Positions 57,016 through 59,494 of a DNA stretch of 59,494 nucleotides are shown piece by piece. The notes beneath the pieces are model-generated. The model had not been told where the DNA came from and searched no databases. It saw nothing but the letters and a program-made list of their open reading frames with translations. Origin of the DNA: a virus (Duplodnaviria; Caudoviricetes); IMG/VR virus record IMGVR_UViG_3300017708_000345, positions 1-59,494 of that record; one strand, written 5' to 3'. Position 1 is the first letter of the stretch, and every line of letters starts with the position of its first letter. Position numbers and translations under genes: made by a program.

Positions 57016-57301
57016 CTTCTGAGCCTCCCTGTAACATATCAAAGATCTCGGCTCTATCAGTGTCTGACAGACCAGTATCACCAGCCTGTTGCTTGTAAAT
57101 TAAACTAGACACCTTCACCAATTGCTCGTTTGACCGTTGCAGGGTTTCAACATATTTGGCAGCAGTTTGGCCCACCACCTTGTGGTGCTCTTCGTCTTTA
57201 CTGATATAACGAATAACGTCATCAAGAAGCTCTCTTGTAACTTCCCTATCGTCTTGGATGTTTTTGATTGCTTCTTCTAGGTAGTGGTCCAGCTTTTTCA
57301 T
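57002..57301 (-). CDS. Hypothetical helical protein
   Basis: 99 aa, ATGA-coupled to the sigma-like gene; KYVETLQRSNEQLVK. Confidence 0.6.
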   Translation of the reverse strand: MKKLDHYLEEAIKNIQDDREVTRELLDDVIRYISKDEEHHKVVGQTAAKYVETLQRSNEQLVKVSSLIYKQQAGDTGLSDTDRAEIFDMLQGGSEDVAD

Positions 57302-58011
57302 ATGTCGCCCTTATCCCAACGCTCACGGAAAACACGGTACTTGATACGCAACTTGTTTAGGTTATTAACAACTTGCTTCGTATTAAGACCTGTGATCTCC
57401 CGCATATATAAATAAATAGCTTTCTTATTAAAAATTTCTATATCTTCGGCACTTTCAAACAACATACGGATAGCATTTAGAACCTTTTCTTCGTTTGTCT
57501 TCATTTTATCGTGTTCCCAAGAATCAATCTCGTTCTTGAGGAAGTCAAAGAATTCAGAGTGCTCGCGCTTTTTATGATAAGGGTTGGTTGTTGAAATGTA
57601 CTTTAATTCTAGATCTTTTGGAAGATCAATAAACTCAATCTCTGTTCTGGTGCGCTTGCTTTGCTTCTTTACCTTGTGAATAAACCAATTCTTAGTGATA
57701 ACTGAGAAGTACGAGAAAGCTTTTGAGCCTCGGTTCACATCGTACTTGTCTAGGATAGTAATAAGCCAAACCTTGCACTCCTCTCTCAGAGAGTCAATAT
57801 TTGGGAGGGTTGTAAACTTATAGGTGAAAACGATTTTATCAACCATTTCATCAAACACTGGGCCGATAAATCTTGTGTATAGATATGTGCGCTCTTTTAC
57901 GTCTCTAGTGGCCACATAGTCAAGGATAGCCTTCTCATGCACTTCAGTGAAATACTTCTTCCCAGTGCCTCTTCTACGCCGTCTACGGACAGGTCTCTTC
58001 TCACTCGACAT
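57298..58011 (-). CDS. Sigma-factor-like protein (T4 gp55-like late sigma)
   Basis: YF...AILDY and LDKYDVNRGSKAFSYFSVITKNWFI resemble sigma region 2 (FD-x-x-K/R-G...F-x-Y); C-terminal REITGLNTKQVVNNL is HTH-like. Confidence 0.7.
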   Translation of the reverse strand: MSSEKRPVRRRRRRGTGKKYFTEVHEKAILDYVATRDVKERTYLYTRFIGPVFDEMVDKIVFTYKFTTLPNIDSLREECKVWLITILDKYDVNRGSKAFSYFSVITKNWFIHKVKKQSKRTRTEIEFIDLPKDLELKYISTTNPYHKKREHSEFFDFLKNEIDSWEHDKMKTNEEKVLNAIRMLFESAEDIEIFNKKAIYLYMREITGLNTKQVVNNLNKLRIKYRVFRERWDKGDI

Positions 58012-58324
58012 CTTGATCGTCCTCCTCTAGTAGGTCTTCGTTGCCTTCGAAAAGGGCAACAATATCAACGAAGTCTTCCAGTGTTGCAATCAAATCTTTA
58101 GAGTGATTAATTAATCCACCAAGAACGTCATCGCCATAAAACATTTCAAGTTCATGGACTGATACCAAGTGAGCTGAAAAAGCTAACACCTGCTCCACTA
58201 GGGAACCAAGGTTGTCGGACATGTAATATAAATCATTTAATAGCTTTCTTCCATACCAGATAAAGAAAACATTTAGTCCGACAGAAGCGATCAGCAAGCT
58301 AGTAAGTATGAATATCTCAGTCAT
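58001..58324 (-). CDS. Hypothetical membrane-anchored protein
   Basis: N-terminal TM IFILTSLLIASVGLNVFFIWY; ELEMFYGD motif. Confidence 0.6.
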   Translation of the reverse strand: MTEIFILTSLLIASVGLNVFFIWYGRKLLNDLYYMSDNLGSLVEQVLAFSAHLVSVHELEMFYGDDVLGGLINHSKDLIATLEDFVDIVALFEGNEDLLEEDDQDVE

Positions 58325-58565
58325 TCTCCAGCCCCCTCATCATTTCTTCTTTTTGCGCTTGCACTTCTCGCTTTGTATCTTCGATAAATTCCTTCACAAC
58401 CTCTCCTGCTTTCTGCTTCTTGTGGGAAACACAAAAAGGCAAAGAAGGAACCCTAGTTAAAGAACCCTCTTTACCACACTCGCAAAAAGCTAACTTTTCA
58501 GAAATTGAATGGATTTTTTCGAGATGGTCACCACAGACATCGCACCTATAAGTATACTTTGGCAT
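58317..58565 (-). CDS. FmdB-family zinc-ribbon protein
   Basis: MPKYTYRCDVCG...CECG...LTRV matches the MPxYxYxCxxCG...C(x)xCG pattern. Confidence 0.8.
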   Translation of the reverse strand: MPKYTYRCDVCGDHLEKIHSISEKLAFCECGKEGSLTRVPSLPFCVSHKKQKAGEVVKEFIEDTKREVQAQKEEMMRGLEND

Positions 58566-58566
58566 A

Positions 58567-58761
58567 TTATTCAGCCAAACTTTCTTCTTCTTCGTTAAGC
58601 TTCACAAGCGGAGGGTTCATCACCACAAGTCCCTGCTCCGAAAGCTTAAATCGGAATCCCTTTAGAACTGGAACAATGTCGGACTGTTCCATTAGGGACT
58701 TTTGCAAGGCCATCATAAGCGATCCCATAGCCTGATCTGATAATGTCATTTCGTTATTCAT
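58567..58761 (-). CDS. Hypothetical protein
   Basis: 64 aa, overlapping the epimerase stop; SD AAGGAG. Confidence 0.6.
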   Translation of the reverse strand: MNNEMTLSDQAMGSLMMALQKSLMEQSDIVPVLKGFRFKLSEQGLVVMNPPLVKLNEEEESLAE

Positions 58762-59494
58762 TTGTAATCTCCTTAATATAATCTGATAGAATAGTTTTGG
58801 CTCTCCAGCCTAGTTTTTCATTTGCATCTCTGGTGTCTGCCAGAGTTTCTTTTGATTCTCCCGGTCTTGCGGGTATATGCTTGATGTTATCACCAAACAT
58901 TTTTGCCACTTCGTTGAGAGAATAATTTTTACCTGTTCCTAAATTAAATATTTCTGCTTTCCAGTCACTCTTAGACATGAGATAAAGACCCTCGCAAATG
59001 TCTTGAACATGTGTAAAGTCCCTTCTCTGTTCTCCGTCTCCGACAACTGTCAAAGGTTGACCCTTCTTGAATTGCTGTTCAAATTTAGCAATCACTGGTG
59101 TGAACTCACCGATCAGCGGGTTTCTTGGTCCGTAAACGTTAAAGAACCTAGCGATAACTGTTGATAGGCCATAAATTTTCGAGTACATCTCACAGACTTC
59201 TTCTGAAAGCTTTTTACTGAAAGTGTAAGGGTTTTTATACTTGCCACCATAACAAGATGAAGAGCCAGCAAGCACCACTCTGGTATTGTAACGCCTAGCA
59301 AACTCACACACTGCAACAGTGCCTTGAACGTTGGTTTGCATCCACAGTTCAGGATTCTTGAAGCTAGGCTGTATCCTAGCCTCCGCCGCTAGATGGAAAA
59401 TACAATCATAATTTCTCTCTTGGAGTTTTGTAGTGATTAATTTAATATCTCCAATGAAGTTGTTGGCTTTGCTGTTTTCGTTTTCAATAAATCC
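58754..59494 (-). CDS. NAD-dependent nucleotide-sugar epimerase/dehydratase (extended SDR), 5'-truncated by window edge
   Basis: Frame is open to the window end: IFHLAAEARIQPS, NVQGT, AGSSSCYG, catalytic YTFSK (YxxxK), RFFNVYGP, GDGEQRRDFTHV and FNLGTG. Confidence 0.92.
   Translation of the reverse strand, partial: GFIENENSKANNFIGDIKLITTKLQERNYDCIFHLAAEARIQPSFKNPELWMQTNVQGTVAVCEFARRYNTRVVLAGSSSCYGGKYKNPYTFSKKLSEEVCEMYSKIYGLSTVIARFFNVYGPRNPLIGEFTPVIAKFEQQFKKGQPLTVVGDGEQRRDFTHVQDICEGLYLMSKSDWKAEIFNLGTGKNYSLNEVAKMFGDNIKHIPARPGESKETLADTRDANEKLGWRAKTILSDYIKEITNE

Noticed and set aside
57002-57301. Calling the 99-aa helical ORF (or 16182-16697) the small terminase subunit
   Set aside because: Size and helicity fit, but I see no diagnostic motif; needs profile or structure search.
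57960-58000. NLS-like poly-Arg tracts suggesting a eukaryotic virus
   Set aside because: SD sites, a sigma70 promoter, operon coupling, bS21 and T4-type head/tail genes all indicate a bacteriophage.
718-58735. Numerous + strand ORFs of 60-220 aa in the ORF track
   Set aside because: All lie antisense to long, motif-bearing minus-strand genes and show no recognisable motifs; typical shadow ORFs.
491-59316. Short alternative-frame minus-strand ORFs nested in large genes (e.g. 4712-5053, 12914-13294, 35237-35677, 47202-47573)
   Set aside because: Fully or almost fully nested off-frame, with Leu/Ser-rich composition typical of frame-shifted codon bias; no independent evidence.
1-59494. Stop-codon reassignment, as seen in some large phages
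   Set aside because: Hallmark genes are full length in the standard code, and TAG, TGA and TAA all terminate genes at sensible, tightly packed positions.
1-59494. CRISPR arrays, tRNA/rRNA genes, IS elements, integrase
   Set aside because: Intergenic gaps are all under about 100 nt; I saw no spaced direct repeats, cloverleaf motifs or transposase/integrase motifs.

Overview
The window is a 59.5 kb fragment of a large T4-like (myovirus or jumbo-type) dsDNA bacteriophage genome. Essentially all credible genes lie head-to-tail on the minus strand and are often translationally coupled. In transcription order (right to left) it holds: a partial NDP-sugar epimerase, small genes including an FmdB-type zinc ribbon, and a gp55-like sigma factor. 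Next come a baseplate/tail-tip block (gp5-like plus DUF2272, a 2517-aa protein, gp25, gp6, a 3197-aa LamG/gp7-like protein, several paralogous virion proteins) and a DNA-processing island (RuvC-like resolvase, primase, fused Mre11-Rad50/gp47-gp46). These are followed by a putative lysis trio and the head module (terminase, portal, prohead protease, phage-encoded ribosomal protein bS21, scaffold, major capsid). Neck and tail-completion genes and the 5' part of the tail sheath close the window. I saw no tRNA, rRNA, CRISPR array, intein or genetic-code change. Signals not explained by standard annotation: (1) a recurring ACTA(T/C/A)TTA motif 18-50 nt upstream of nine gene starts, a candidate late promoter; (2) an unannotated 16-aa leader ORF with two hairpins, in frame with the prohead protease; (3) strong enrichment of [S/T]-[G/A]-[S/T] tripeptides in a subset of virion proteins, a candidate glycosylation sequon; (4) a bS21 with an Arg-rich N-extension followed by a long inverted repeat; (5) shared N-terminal leaders resembling capsid-targeting sequences; (6) an apparently split tail-collar-like fold. 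All functional calls come from motif recognition by eye, not database searches.
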